Below are positions 38,409 through 56,171 of a DNA stretch of 64,000 bases, one piece after another. A program made the translations under genes and the position numbers. Each line of letters opens with the position of its first letter. Within the stretch, counting starts at the first letter, position 1. Where the stretch lies: the NCBI GenBank assembly GCA_051294375.1, contig CM119264.1, positions 7,566,151 to 7,630,150 of the forward strand, given 5' to 3'. The notes beneath the pieces are model-generated. The model saw nothing but the letters and a program-made list of their open reading frames with translations. It had not been told where the DNA came from and searched no databases. Source of the DNA: Paraspadella gotoi. Lineage: Eukaryota; Animalia; Chaetognatha.

Positions 38409-41400
38409 TGATTCCGGATTTTATTTAATATATATTTTTAGTCGAGTTAGAATTTTATTCGAATCATACAAGCCATCTTTCTCTTCTTCCTTCCATATTT
38501 GTTTTTCGTATTTCCTCCTTTTTTCTTTTCCTCCTTTCCCGAGTTTACAAACTATGTACAAGAAGATTCAAGGGAACCGCAAAAAAGGCTCTAGCCAAAT
38601 TTCTCGGTGCAAATACTTTCTAGTTTTCCACAAATGAAAAACCTTTTGATAAAAATAGATTTATTTAAAACTGACCAACTCGCTAATCATAATTTTTTAC
38701 CTCTTATAGAATTTTTTACTCGGTAGGTTTAGCTTTTAAAAACTTACCAGTGTTTTAACAACATTACATTTAAAGTCGACAGAGTTAAATGTTGAACGGA
38801 CTACTCTTAAATCCGAGACCTTCTGGCAACCTGCAACGAAATCCTTGACGTCCCAGTGTTATCAACTCTATATCTTCGCCTTTTAATCGAGAGAAAATAT
38901 TGACGACCGAGCTAAATAATAATAATTAACTAAATTAGTAGATGTCCGCAATTCTGTATCTATAAAACAGATGCCAGAAACGTTTTCTTATCTCTGGATT
39001 TAAAAGTTCAAACTCTAGTTGCCATGACAACGATGGATTAACGCCATCCCTCTTAAAAGCGAATGGAAATGACATCGACTCAAGAGGAAAAGAGAGAGTT
39101 TGTATTCTGGGAGGAATCCCGCCAACGCCGTTTTTGAAATTGGCGAATTTAAACGACGCCGTCGGCGCCAGAAAATGAAGACAATTTTTCTGTTTTGTTT
39201 TTTATTTGTTTTTTTTTTTTTTTTTTTTGAGAAGGGCGGATATATGCAGATAGAAGCCTCGATTGTCGAATTACAAAAAATGTAAATAAGCAGACGTGTC
39301 GGTGCATTGTGGACTCGTTCGTCGAAGCACTGCTCTTGCGTTTTTCGGTGCAGCGTCGGTCCCCATTTTAACTTTTATTCGAAGGTCGGTTTAAAAAAAA
39401 GGAAAAGAGAAAAAACCAAATCTGCATAAAATCTTTATTAGGGATTAGAAGAAATTTTGATTCTGCCTTTTTTTTTTGTCTCCCGGTTTAACAGGTGTTA
39501 TAAAATACATTTACAGGGACTTCAATCTAGAGTGACAAGAAAAGGCTTTCGGTGTATATTATTTTTATAACATTTATTAGTTATTATTATTTTTATTCTG
39601 GTTCGTGATATCTCATTGATAAAAAAAATAAAGCATTAAAAAAAATGTAATCGTTTTAATAGGAATCGAAGGATCAATAGTAAAGTCATCTTTCAAAGTA
39701 AATATTCTGCTTCTTCAGATATTTACCATCACAGGAAAATCTTTATTACATAGAATGTAGAAACTATCCTAGCAAGAATGTTGCGAATTGGTATGAAAAA
39801 AGTATGAAAACATTTTGGAATCCGATTGCTCTTTCTTTTCGATTATATTACAAGTTCTTTCGTATCACTCCAGTTTGATGTCCCTGGAGCAATTCCAAAT
39901 TGTCCAAATAGGAAATGTATTTATAACTAAAGAGAGATTTTTGGTTGAGGCATCTTGGTACAAAGGGGCCATGGGGAATGAGAATAGCTAATCAATGCCT
40001 AGAGGGCTCTCGAACTTGCCAGTAGCGCTGTTTATTCAAATTTATTATTATTAATTTTTATGGATCTAGTTAACGTTATTTTTGAATATCGTTATCTTTT
40101 TGTTTGCCGACCTTGTTTAAATTGTTTAGGGCCTAAATGTTCTTATTTATCTAGAAATCTTTTGACACTAAATTTCGTTAGTTTTTTTTCGGTTTGTATT
40201 TTCCAACAGTTAATTCTGCGAGGAACGTTTATTTGTGTCGTTCATTCTCTTTTTTTTTTTCTCTCTCTCTCTCTCTCTCTCTCCCTTGCGCGCAAAAATG
40301 TTGCCCGAGAAAAAAGCGCGTGCAGACGTCGGGTTTTGTAAGAAGAGACGAGTAATGGAACCCCGGAGATTCTATCGTCAGGCAGAGAACCATAATTAGT
40401 GGGGTTGCGGGTAAAACGACGACGACGACGACGACGAAGACGACGACGACGAAAATGACGATGAGCTTCGACGCCTCAGTAGATGAAAGAAGAAATATGC
40501 GCCAAAAATTAACAAGAGAACCGACAGAACTGGAGGCCAGCAGGCGAGCCGGCGAGCAGGCGAGCAGGCGGGCCGTCGGGCTTGGGGGAAAGGCAGGCAG
40601 GCAGACGAACTGATTAGGGGAAACGTTGGGAGGAAGACGTAGATGGAACGGACGACATGAGAAGTTACGAGAAATGGAGGGAGAAAATGGAGAGCAAGAA
40701 AAAAGGAAAGGAAAGGAAAAAGGAAAGGAAAGGAAAGGAAAAGGAAAGGAAAAGGAAAGGAAAGGAAAGGAGAGGAGAAAAGAAACAGAAAAAAGGACTG
40801 AAAGATGAGATTAGGTGGATTTAAAGGTGAAATGATATGTAGTTAATGGGTAAACTAAGGGAGAAAGCGAAGAGCGAGTAGTAAAGAAAATCGGATGGAC
40901 TTAGTTGAGGAAAGGGAAGAACGACAGAATAAAAAAAAAATTGGAGGTCATTGCGAAGAGAGATGTAACGAAGAGTAAATGGAGAAACGAGAGAGAATAA
41001 GAAAGGGGTCTAACAAAACAGAGGAGACTCGCTCCACGGCCCGTAACGAGAGAAAAACAGTCGGACGTGGGTGTCTCCGAGAGTTGGGAGAAATGCTTGG
41101 TTGGAGGCGGGACGGACCAATCAAAACTGGGGCTGCCTCGGAGAGGCTCCAGCTCTTCCGATCGTTAACGAAAAAAAAAGCGGGCATGTCATTGGACGAG
41201 AGAGGGCCAATCAGAAAGGAGATACGGTCGGGAGACCCGAGTCTTCCCGCGCAAAATGGCGGAGCAACGACCGCGGATGAAAGTTTTAATGACTACGCGG
41301 GAGACTGGGTAATTTAAGGGGAGTCACGTGATTGCGAATTTCGACGATTTCAAAGATTCGGGCCGTTCAATGAAGGAAGTCAATCATGCGACAAGGTTCA

Positions 41401-42029
41401 TCTGAATTTTATTTCACACTTTCAAATAAAATTACCAACATTGTGGTCACCATACCCAAGCAAGGTGTAAATTTTTGGCAATCTCTGCTGTAGTATGAAA
41501 TTGAAACTTAAGTTTAAAAAAAACTATATATTCGACCAAAAGTAAGATTTTTTCCCACATGGACGTGCATCGCTACTTAAACGCTCGTTTTAGCCTCCTC
41601 TCTCCTCTCGGTATAACCTCCGTTAAAATGTTAAGTAATTCGTCAAATTAAGCGAAGGTTTTTCCCCTGAAAAGTGAATTTTACGACGTCGTTACGTTAC
41701 TCTCTGGCGAAGTAACACGCGCGAAAAAATTATGGTTTTCTCATGCGGTAAAATAAGATATTCGTGATTTTTTTTAGGCTAAACACATGTTCGTTGACAT
41801 AAAAGTCCAAAAAGTTATTGAAATGTATAAAATTGGTACAACCAATATCGGAGTTGCTTGACTTTGTCTCCCGATCTCTTCCTCTTTTTCATTTTTATCT
41901 TCCCCTTATTTGTTCTCGTTTATTGTTGACATAAGTTATTTTTGCAACCATTCCCGCAATTATTTGTTTGCTCTGTTTTCTTTTCAGAAAAAAAAAAAAA
42001 AAAAAAAAAATTAATTAAATCGATTCATA

Positions 42030-42210
42030 AAATAAATAAGCTATCTTGCCCCTGACTTTGGATAGGCTTTGGTGGTTTAAGGCCTCCCTCACTCTTACAA
42101 GATAATGACATAGTAAGTCACTGCAAGCTTTCAATCAAGACTCTTTCACAGTCTTGTTTATTCACTCCCAGAGTACCTGACTTCCCTATCAATGAAGTGG
42201 CATAATATTT
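42030..42210 (+). mobile_element. Copy of the same dispersed repeat
   Basis: Matches 38350-38405 directly and 50312-50495 in reverse. Confidence 0.7.
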
Positions 42211-43278
42211 CTAAGAATATTTCTATTGTATGAAAATGCCACTGTCATTATGCATGTATATATATATATCTAAAAAACCTCACATTATACTCGTAAAAAA
42301 ACACGTTCCTTTCCTCAGTGGCTATAAAAAGAATTTCTAATTTCCCCCACCTTTATAGCTTTAAAACGAAGGAAGAAAAAAATCGGCAACAAAGAAAACG
42401 ATAATGTTTGATGCGCGTAATAAATAAACAAACGAGCATCGCTCTCTGCTCGCTATGGCTGCTCGAACGCGTTTGCGTTTTTCCTTTTCTCTTTCCCGCT
42501 ATTTCCTCCGCCCCTTCTTCCCATCTTCCCCCCCCCCTAAAGCCCAGCCAATTAGCGCGTGCGCCTCGTCAGCGCGGACAAAGAGAAAAACACATCTCTC
42601 CCCGATATTTTTCTCTCATTTTCACCGTCGATGACTGAACGTGACGGTGGGGGGGGGGGTGACGGCTGACGGGCCAGTGGATTGAGGTGGATTGTTGGAT
42701 TTAAAGAGTCAGGAGCTGTGGGACGCCTAAGATCGGTAGTTGGATTAAAATATAGGAGATAATTATAGATAGAATTATAATAATTATGATAATAATTATG
42801 GGAGTTGAAAGATGATCCACAGATTTCCAGACTCGGAATAACGGTGATGAACCACTAGTTCAAAACGAGGCGCGTTTTTGCGGCGAATAAAAAATCCCGC
42901 CCGCATCGAAACCGAAGGATGGAAATGCGCGTGGGAGACGCCAGGGGCGCTACTCGAAGGGGGCGTGGCTGCGTCGAAACGTGAGCGGAATCTCTAGAGG
43001 AGAAACGACTAAATGTGAAACCAAATTTGGGTGAGTTTCTCTCTTCTCTTTAGTTGGGGTTTCGAGTTCTACTCTATAACAACTTTTTAATGAATTATTT
43101 TGTTCTATTTAATAGTTGTAAAAATATCGCAAGATATGTACATTGTACAAGCAAAATAACACAGCAGAAGGAGAAATATGCACAGAATGTCAAGAACTTT
43201 TGCAACAATGGTTAATTGGTTAATACGGTTAATATAATGGTTAATAATATGGTTATAATATTGGTTATACAACATTTT

Positions 43279-43390
<112 letters not shown>

Positions 43391-44031
43391 AATTCAATAT
43401 CTTTCTCTGTATAACCCCCGTAGAATTACCGCCACATTTTTCTGATCAATAGAATTATCTCAATTATCGAACACACGACATTCAATTGAGTTTTCTTTGC
43501 AGATGCCTTCATAGCGACGCACGTTTTCTTGTTTAAGTTAGTTCCGTTCATGCCATTATAAATAGCTGCGGCCATGCACCTCTTTAACTCTTATACTTTC
43601 AGGCTGAATATTAACTTATTTGTGGTAACCGTTTTTCCATGATAATCCATACACAGATTGTTATGAATTTTTAAAACAAATAAAACAACGACTTGATCAA
43701 TCCGAATTCAAAATCATGAAGAGGTCATAAACTTATTTTGTTTTTTCGTCATATGACTCATGAGTCAATCAAATGGGTCGCTGGGAAGAGCCGAGAATTT
43801 TTGGGCTTAAGATTAAAATTTGTCGCGTGACGAGTTTTTTGAATTTAATCGTAAAACAAGTTATCCCTGGTTTTTCTTCGTCGTTGTCGTCGATCGATTA
43901 TTTTTGGTCGCGACAAGCGACCATACAATTTATAAGATAATTTTTAAATTTTATGTTTATATTTATTAGTGTAACTGAGAGTTATATATATTATATTATA
44001 TTATATATATTTACATAACAAAATAATTTAG

Positions 44032-44335
44032 AGGATCACCATTTGGTGATGGCTCGCCTCTATCTGGATATTGGGATTAAAGAGCCGAAATCTAAGAAGG
44101 ATATGGGTTCCCAACTGATAACCTCGAAAATTATTTTGAACATATATAAAAATATTTAAAAAAAAAAATCGAATAAATTCGTTGCAGAATCACAATTTAA
44201 ACTTTTTCTTTTGTCCCAAACGCAACGAAAAAGAAAGGAAATTATAACAAAAATATTAAAAAATAAATAACAAATGTATTCTATTTAAAATATAAGAATA
44301 ACAAACAAGATTATTTCCAGAAGACAACACTAACG
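44032..44335 (+). mobile_element. Second fragment of the repeat that flanks the Penelope-like remnant
   Basis: 44032-44125 is the reverse complement of about 35625-35720, and 44312-44335 (TATTTCCAGAAGACAACAC) matches 34523-34545 in reverse. Confidence 0.6.
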
Positions 44336-44968
44336 TCCCTCTCACCATAACATAATAAAAGAATATACTCTAAATAAAGAATATAATTAAATATAATATA
44401 TAGTGAAATTTATTAAATTCTTATATTTATTTTAAAATTTTAATATAAAATTTATTCAGATTTATTATAATTTATTAAATTCTTACATTTATTTTAAAAT
44501 TTTAATATAAAGTTTTAAAGTCTAATTTAATATAACAAGTAGTCTTGCAATTTTTCATATAAATTTCATAAATAAGCTTAGTTTGGATAGGCATAACCAT
44601 ACAAAAAAAGAATATAACGTAATCTTGACTAAAAACATCAAAGTTAGTATTAATAAAGTATTTAACAAATTAGTACTATGAACAACGGTAAAATAACCGC
44701 AACTTGAAAAACAGCTTGCTCTACTTGTCTTTTTTTAAGCGACACGTAACTCTCGTGACTTTTCCCAAAAACTCTCTCCTTTTATGGACGCGCCCTGTCA
44801 ATCAGCTCGGGGATCAGCTTTAATTTGTTAGGTTGAATCTACATGGATTAAAATTAACATGACTAAAAAGTTTTGAATAAATTCTAATATAATAATTATA
44901 TAAGCTTGGTCCGCTTTGCAAGCATTGCCGATATTTATTCGAATCGATTTTCCCTAATTAAAAAAAAA

Positions 44969-47496
44969 ATGGAAAAATCATTGATTTTGATGTTTTTGAT
45001 TCTCGTCGCGCAAACCGGAGCCTTGCAACCAAATGAGACTATTGCGGTAGCAAAAGGACTTGGGGCGGCTGGAGGGCGTCAAGGTATTGCGATAACGTCC
45101 AATACTTACACAATGTTACACAATGTTTGTACATTCATCCGCACTTAAAACTATCAGAATCTCTATATGGCTATCGACAATACTATCTCTCCTTTGTATC
45201 TCTAATCCGAAACAGGGAAAGGAGCGAACGAGCTGGTGGAAGCCGTGAAAAGAGAGTCTGACAACGGAATGTTCGCCTTGAGAAGAGGAGAATATTGGGA
45301 AATATTTATGACTTTCAAACTGCTGGGCGTTTTGGAATTGGACGACGACGGGGTAAGGCGCTTTAAACCGTGCGACCTTGATCAATTAAAAATGTATATT
45401 ATTTTTTTTTTCAGATACTAAAAACTCAATTTCGACTCTTGGTCTCGTGGAGAGACGAACAATTAGCGTATGACCCAAAGAAATTCGATAACTACAATCG
45501 AATAGTTGTGCCTTCGCAATTCGCCAGGTGACATCCTGAGATTCGAAGACTCCTTCCAATCACAAATCGTTGCTTTCCATCACGGCCTCACATTCACTGA
45601 TTTCACGCAGATATCCACACTTGGTCCTCCTGGAAAACGCGGAGAGAGAGACGCTGCGACAGAAGATGTCGGAATACCCGATCGTGATCACCAACGACGG
45701 GACCAACTCGATCGAATCCGAGGTGACCACCTACACCTATTGCAACATGGACGTCTCTCTCTTTCCCAACGATTATCACTCGTGTCAAATTAAAATCGCT
45801 CTCGCTCCGTTGCAAGTCAAGTGAGTTAAGATACTTGCATACTTGCATACTACCTATTCAATGCATAGGTCTTATAGAACTAAGAATCATATATATGACA
45901 AAAAAATACGTACAAATTGTAATAAAAAATGTTCGCAGATTTTTTGGCAAACTTAAAGTTAAACACGAGACTTCGAATATGTTCAACGAGAATCCGGATT
46001 GGCCGTTGCAAGGGAAGGTCACCGCCGGGATTCAAAAGACTCCGGAAATGGCCGATAATAACCAAATCCAATATAATTTCGTGAGTTTAGCGAGTTGAAC
46101 GGGAATTTTAACCGTTTTCTTTAAATGTTGATTCTATTTTTTTTTTTACTCGAGATATATTTAGTTTTAAATAAAGTTTAAGTAACGTTTGCTCTTCCAT
46201 TACTTTTTCAAGTCTTTGGTGAGTCGTTATAACTGTATTTTAAAAAAATAATAGGATGAAGAAACAACCGATAATTTTATGAATAAAAATACACTGAATA
46301 GTGAATATGTTTTATTATTTTTTTAATCAGCTTCACTCACATTTCAAGTAAATAAAAGGGAATTAAATTTTCGTTGAAGCAATCACAACGGTTAATCATA
46401 ACGTCACATGTTGTTTATTAAAGCGAAAAAAAGGGTCACTTTCTTTCTCTAATCGGAATTTCTTTGTCCAACGTCCATAGGACTTCGCCTACATGAACGT
46501 GACCGTCCGCCGCAACGGAGAGTCTGTATCAACAGCACTGGTGAACCCAATGTACTGCTTTTCATTTCTTACCGCTCTTGTCTTCATACTCCCGCCCTCT
46601 AGTGGCGAAAGAGTTGGAACCGCCATCACCCTACTTCTTACTATATCGGTCACAATGATCTCTGTGAAAGTAAGTGACTGAAAATAACATCCCATCGTGT
46701 GGGCCACACCATTGTAACTTTAAAATTTATCTTTCAAGCGCGATGACAATGACTTTATTGCATCGTTATTAATCCATTAGGACCTTTTACCGACGGAGTT
46801 GCCCGAATCAGAAGGCATTTACTTCAAAACTTTCGTCAACATGACTTTTCTTCAGACCATCACCGCCTTCATCGAAACGCTAGCGGTGCTTGCCCTTTCC
46901 GACATGAATTGCAACTTCTTGAGGACGATGGGTAAACCATAATTCATCTTTGACAGTGCCAGATTATAAAATGTTTCGTTAGTCACTGCGTTAACGCGTT
47001 TGTGAGGCTCGTGATTTAAGGATTTTTTGAAGTTGTAGACATTTGCTTCCTTTTAAGGTAAAGCCAGAACATCTAGTTCATATGATCCGAAAAAGGGCGA
47101 TGAACGAGGAAGTGAAAAGGAAAAGGATTCAGAATTTTCTAAGGTAGGCCTTGCAAGTTATTCTACTTGACTAAGTAAGTTACAAATTTAAAAAAAAAAA
47201 AATATTTAACTACCTCGCTCAAAATAAAGACCTGTGACTCGGAGTTTCCGATCAAAATTTTTTTTTTTTTTTTGGTGATATCCGCGAATGATAAAGTCAC
47301 GTGATTATTTTTCAAATCCCTATTTCAGAAATTAGCGCGGGCGGTCGACTATATCTTCCTTGTCGTCAACTTGTGCGTCAGCGTTTACTACATCTCGATG
47401 ACGCACAGCAACATCCACCGTGCCATGCCGGAGGGTGAAGGCCCCGAGATTGAAGACAATCCCATGGAATTTCCTCAGGAGACGTATACCGTTTGA
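44969..47496 (+). CDS. Divergent Cys-loop (pentameric) ligand-gated ion channel subunit, nAChR/5-HT3-like cation-type pore; paralog A (436 aa)
   Basis: Nine exons: 44969-45083, 45216-45352, 45415-45527, 45611-45820, 45939-46080, 46481-46669, 46781-46931, 47058-47143, 47329-47496; 1311 nt open frame. Signal peptide MEKSLILMFLILVAQTGA, SWRD motif, Cys-loop CNMDVSLFPNDYHSC (C-x13-C), ENPDW, pre-M1 VRR, M1-M2 LPPSSGERVGTAITLLLTISV, M2-M3 LLP, M4 LARAVDYIFLVV. Confidence 0.92.
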
Positions 47497-48368
47497 AGGG
47501 GCTCGTCGGGAGAGTCAAGAGGACGTTTTAAAAGGATCTCCTTCGGTACTGTTAAGGATTTTGCCACCAAGATATAGTTTTATCTGGGGATGGACTATGA
47601 AGTTGGAAAACGGAAATTAAGTTTCAAGTCTCTTTTACGTTAAAATACAAAGCTAATAATCATGTTTGTATTAAAAATTTACTATTATCTGTCTCGCTCG
47701 CACCCACCAAGTCTTTAAAAGCATTTGAAGGTATTTGACCTGTATCGTACTTGTACAATTCATTTTTGATTGGCAAATACATTCGTGATAATCGTTTTCA
47801 AATTTATTCTTACTACGTTATCTGAAGTACATCGAAAAAATTAGCTGATGAAAAAAAGATTGTATTCGACACCGCAAACTAGGTAAACTGAAGTGAATTT
47901 GAGAACTAGGACTTGAGCTTGCAAACTATTTTTGGGGGAATTTTAAACTTTTGGCGTCTCCGGTTGTTCAAAGAAGCTTTGCATACAATATGTGATACTA
48001 GAATTTTTAGTTTGAATCGCAGGTGTGTCTCGGATTAAAACTCACACGTCACAAATCACAATCAGAAAAAAAAAAGGAGAAAATATTCGAATCGGGATTT
48101 TGAGTCAGTGACACGAAAATTTAGAGATCGAGTTTCAACGTCTCGTTTAAAAGCAAATTACGGTTGATGTTGGATGCTGGTCTTTTTCACACTCTTTTTA
48201 TCACCCTACGTTGGCAACAGTCTTAAATTGAAACCTTTCCCAATTTAAAACATTAATTCGACCTAATTGGATATGAATAACAAATTCAAATTTTTTTTAC
48301 CTCGATTTCGAAAAAAATGAATAATCGGACGATACAATTTAGTTAAAATTTACTAATAGAAAAACAAA

Positions 48369-51766
<3,398 letters not shown>

Positions 51767-52588
51767 TAGAAACTTTGCTATTGCCTCAAATTCGTTTGCT
51801 GTCTCATTATTTCTTAAATTTTTTATTACAATGTTTATATAGATTGTTTACATACTGTGCTAATATATTAAAGTTTTTCAACATTGCATAATTTTATAAA
51901 TAACAATAATGTCTGAAACAAAAAACACAAAAACTCTTTTAGATAGTTATGATAGTTTTCAGCTTTTTTTCTTTTTTTTTTCAACAATTACTGTGTCGTG
52001 TGCTCGTGTAGATCAGCAATAACCAGTTTCATGCCGAATTTAGTTCCCAAATAGAAAAGATTTTTTGACGGCCGAGGAGAAAAAAAATCGCTTAAGTCAT
52101 GTATTTAATTTCTGTATTTAATTGTAATGATTTCTCTTCTTTAAAAAGAAATTGATGCAAAAGCTTTGATATATATCATAACCAAAGTCATTATTCAAAA
52201 AATAATATTTTTCGGTACGAATTTTTATGTCAAACTTAAGTCAGATTGTTGAACTTTGTTCTTTGTTCTATTTTTTTAATAAAATTTGAAATTTGTCTCT
52301 CCCTCTCTCTCTTCTTTCTTTCCTCAAAATCGGAGAGCAAAAGTCAAAATTTCCCTTCGCGCTGAATTATCAATTTTTTTTTCGTTTACGACAGTAGGCG
52401 ACGACTCGTTTCTTCAATTTTTTTGATTTCGTAATCCATTTAAAAAAAAAAATTCGATGAAAGAGTAAAACGCGAAAAATCACAAATATAAATCGGTTTT
52501 AAAAAATCTGAAATTTGTAAAAAAATTAACAGAATGAGTGATTTAAACGAAAAGAAATTAAAACTGTTAAATATAAAACAAAAACCAC

Positions 52589-54798
52589 ATGATTAAGAAG
52601 AAGCGTCTTCTCATGACGATGCTGCTCGTCACGATAATGGCGTCAGCGGCGCTTTTCGCGGCGTCGGCGTTGTCTTCAAATGCTGTGAATCAAGAGTTCC
52701 CCAATACGTTGTCGTCGAGTACCTCATCTTCCCCATCCCCCACGTGCGAAATCGTCCTCACTGCGATGAACTACAACACGCGACAACTCCCACGCTTTCT
52801 CGGCTTCAACGACTGGGATCAGGCGGCCAGACTCCGGCGCCTGACGGAGACTCTTCGCCTGCCAATCTATCAGGCGGACGTCTTGATTCTCAACGAGCTC
52901 GTCACGGAGTGGGCGTTGCTGAAGGTGAAGGGTTTGACCGACGTTTATCCCTACATGACGTCGGTCGTCGGTAGAAACTGCTCCGGCGTCGGCCTGGACT
53001 CCCTGTCGGGCCGCTGCCACCCGCTGCTTCCCCGTTCGGGCGTCATGGCGCTCAGCAAGTTTCCCATTTTGGAGAGTCACGGGCTGATCTTCGCCAACGC
53101 CGCCGCCGGCACCTGGGACGCCAGATGCAACAAGGGAGCCCTCTACATCAAGGTGGGTTGACGGAAAAGTTGGTCGGTTTACGACGCGTTCATTGATGGC
53201 ATAAGAAATTGTTTATTACATCCAAGGAAAAAACTTTTTCGTTGATTTGGAACTTAGGAAAGACTTCGCAAGTATAGTTAGTCACTTATCACTTTTACGA
53301 CATAAGATGAACCTTATATAAACCACTTGTGGGCTAAATATTAAATAATAACAAAAACTCGTTTCGTTGAACCTTTGCAAAATAAACGTGTTAACTAAAG
53401 AAGAACATTTAACTAACTGTTAATTAACTTCACTTAAAAGTATGTACAAAGTAAAAACCAATCAAAAAACTTCAATCAAAAACAAACCGTTGAATCAGGT
53501 TAACGTGAACGGAACGTTCGTCCACGTGGTGGGCACGCACCTGCAAGCCGACGAGGGCGGCGTCGACGCCACGGGGACGAGGGTGGCGCAGGTGGCGGAG
53601 ATGCGGAGGTGGATGGAGAGATTCGAGATTCCGAAGGCGGAACCGATCCTTTTGGTGGGCGACATCAACGTTCAGTTCGGGAGTAGGGTGAGTGAGTGAG
53701 TAAATTAGCGAATCAGCGAGTGCGTAAGTATGAGTGATTGAGTGAGTATGTGAGTAAATTAGTGATTGAGTGAATAAGTGAGTGACTGAGTTAGTGAGTA
53801 AATGAGAGAGTGAGTGACTGAAAGAGTCAGTGAGTGTGTAAGTTAGAGCGGTCAGCGATATTTACGTTCAGTTTAGCACTTGTGTAAGTGAGAACAAGGT
53901 TCGATTCGCCATCAGATTGACGGAGAGTGAGTAAGGAAGTGAGTAAGGGCTACTATTTTGTGATTTCAAACCACACGATCGAAAAAATAAAAACAAACAC
54001 AATGACGTCCTTCTCCCAATCTAACCGCAACCACAACCCGCCCACTGTTTCCCCCTTTTCTTTGCCCACAACCTCAGGAGTTCCACCAGATGTTCGACGG
54101 CCGCTTCGCTCTCTCGTTCAGACCCGGACCAATCAGCTCCTATTCGCCCTCGACCAATTGGCTGGCCAGAGCTGATCGCTACTTCGCCGGCCGTTCTCTC
54201 TACGACGACAATCATCTTGACTACGTGGCCGTTTGGGCCGATCACGCCCAGCCCGTCCGGAACGCTGACATGAGGGTGGGTGAGGCGGTTGGGGATGCTA
54301 AGTTTGGGCCCAGTAGAGGACGTCTGCGTTGAAGGTTTTTTTTTTTAAATATGAATAAAAGTACAACTGATTCTAAAACTGATAATCGGAGAATACACGA
54401 ATAAATATATCGCTCTCGCACAGAGATGACAGAATGTTTACGTGTGCCATGTCTCTAGTGTCGCCCATTTTATATTTCTTACAAAAAGAGTTTTCGCGAT
54501 TAAATTAGAAATCAACATGTAAGTTAAAAATAAAACCGAGGCGGCTAAACGACATATCATTCGGTCTCTATTTACTCGGCGCTCTATTCTTCAGGTGATC
54601 AAACTGAAAGCCAAAGTGCCCTGGCACTGGAGTTACCTTCAAGGCTGGTGGCGACTTCGTCAAGGCCTCTTCCGTCACGATGGCTTCTACAGCGACGTCT
54701 CGGATCATTACCCCGTCGCCGCCACCTTTCATTTCCCGACCGCTGGAGGGTGTCGCCGCCATCCGACGCGCGGGTGGCTGAGGAAATGGTTCTTTTAA
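52589..54798 (+). CDS. Secreted sphingomyelinase C, bacterial beta-toxin/Sph type (EEP/DNase I-like fold), 384 aa
   Basis: Exons 52589-53152, 53499-53687, 54078-54275, 54595-54798 (all introns GT-AG, phase 0; 1155 nt). Signal peptide MIKKKRLLMTMLLVTIMASAALFAASA; EEP/SMase motifs MNYN, DVLILNE, YPYMTSVVGR, GVMALSKFPI, NKGALYIKV, VHVVGTHLQA, GDIN, HLDYV, SDHYPV. Confidence 0.9.
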
Positions 54799-55094
54799 AT
54801 GGGGAATGGTTACAATTTTTTAAATTTAAGGTTAATGGAGGAAATTGACTTTCCGTGAGATTAGCGTATTGATCAAAGGGCTGTATGGAGTCGGTATTCC
54901 TTAAAAAATGAAAATGGCAGAAATAGTAAAGAAAATAGAATTTTTTGAAATTTTGTTCTTCCAATTTTTTTTTTTTATTTTACTGTCTTTTTCTCTCATT
55001 ATTTATCGTCTTTTTCTATCTTTTTTTTCATTCTTTCCCTTTTTTTTCTTTTTTTCTTTTTGCATTTTTTGTTTCTTTATTTTTTTGTTAATTT

Positions 55095-55131
<37 letters not shown>

Positions 55132-55679
55132 TTTTCTTTCATATTTTTTCCTCTCTTTTCTCTCTTTCTTTTCTTTCTCTTTCTTTCTTTCTTTTTTCTC
55201 TTTCTTATCTTCTTTCTCTTTTCTTTCTTTTTCTTTCTTTCTTTCTTTCTTTCTTTTTTTTACTTTCTCTTATCTCTCTTTCTCTATCTCTCTCTCTCTC
55301 TCTCTCTTCCTCTCCTCATGCTACTGCTCATCTCTCAGCGTCTCATCTACTCCATCTTCTCTCCTCTCGTCCTCTCCTCTCCCCTACTCTTTTGTTTATG
55401 ATCTGACCTTTAACCGAGAATTCGATTTTTGGAGACTCAACTCTTGGCAGCTTCATTCTGCATGAAAACGTATTGTCGCAGCCGCTTATGGGCCAAACAA
55501 AACCTTCGCATTTCAATATTATTCAACTTTTTTAAGAATAAAGATAAGCAGTAGCCGTAGGCATGATTTATTATTCTTGTATAATTAGTTAGCAGTGATA
55601 ATTAAGAGACCCTCTATCTCTCTCTCTCTCTGGGGCTTGCATGAAAAAAAAAATAAGCCGAAACGTTGCTGCCGAAAGG

Positions 55680-55736
<57 letters not shown>

Positions 55737-56134
55737 GTCAGTAAACTCATTTTCAGTCTCGACGACAGAAGTTTTTTCGTCGTTAACCAAAAACGAATTT
55801 AGGAAGGAAAAGGAAAGGGGCTCTTTGTGCGTACGAGGTGGGGTAGGCGTGGCGGAGGGGGTGAGGTCGACCAAGTGGGACGGNNNNNNNNNNNNNNNNN
55901 NNNNNNNNGCTCCTCTCTCTCTCTCTCTCCTCTCTCCTCTCTCTTCTCTCTCTCTCTTCTCTGCTCTTCTCTTCTCCTCTCTCTCTCTCTCTACAGGCAT
56001 ACACACTAAACAAAATTACCCCACAGGTTCGGGTCTCCCTAACCTAACATATTCCAATGCGAGAGCGCCGAAACCACCATACCCAGTGCCCCTACCAGTT
56101 TTTCCACCGACCCTCTTCCAGTCTTTTTAGAAAC

Positions 56135-56171
<37 letters not shown>

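Noticed and set aside
52589-54798. Bacterial contamination as the source of the SMase
   Set aside because: The frame is split by three GT-AG introns with host-like AT-rich, simple-repeat content, and no gap separates it from the channel genes.
54908-55465. Long Phe/Leu/Ser-rich ORF (and similar RERE/SLSL ORFs across the window)
   Set aside because: Translations of (CTTT)n, (CT)n and (GA)n microsatellites.
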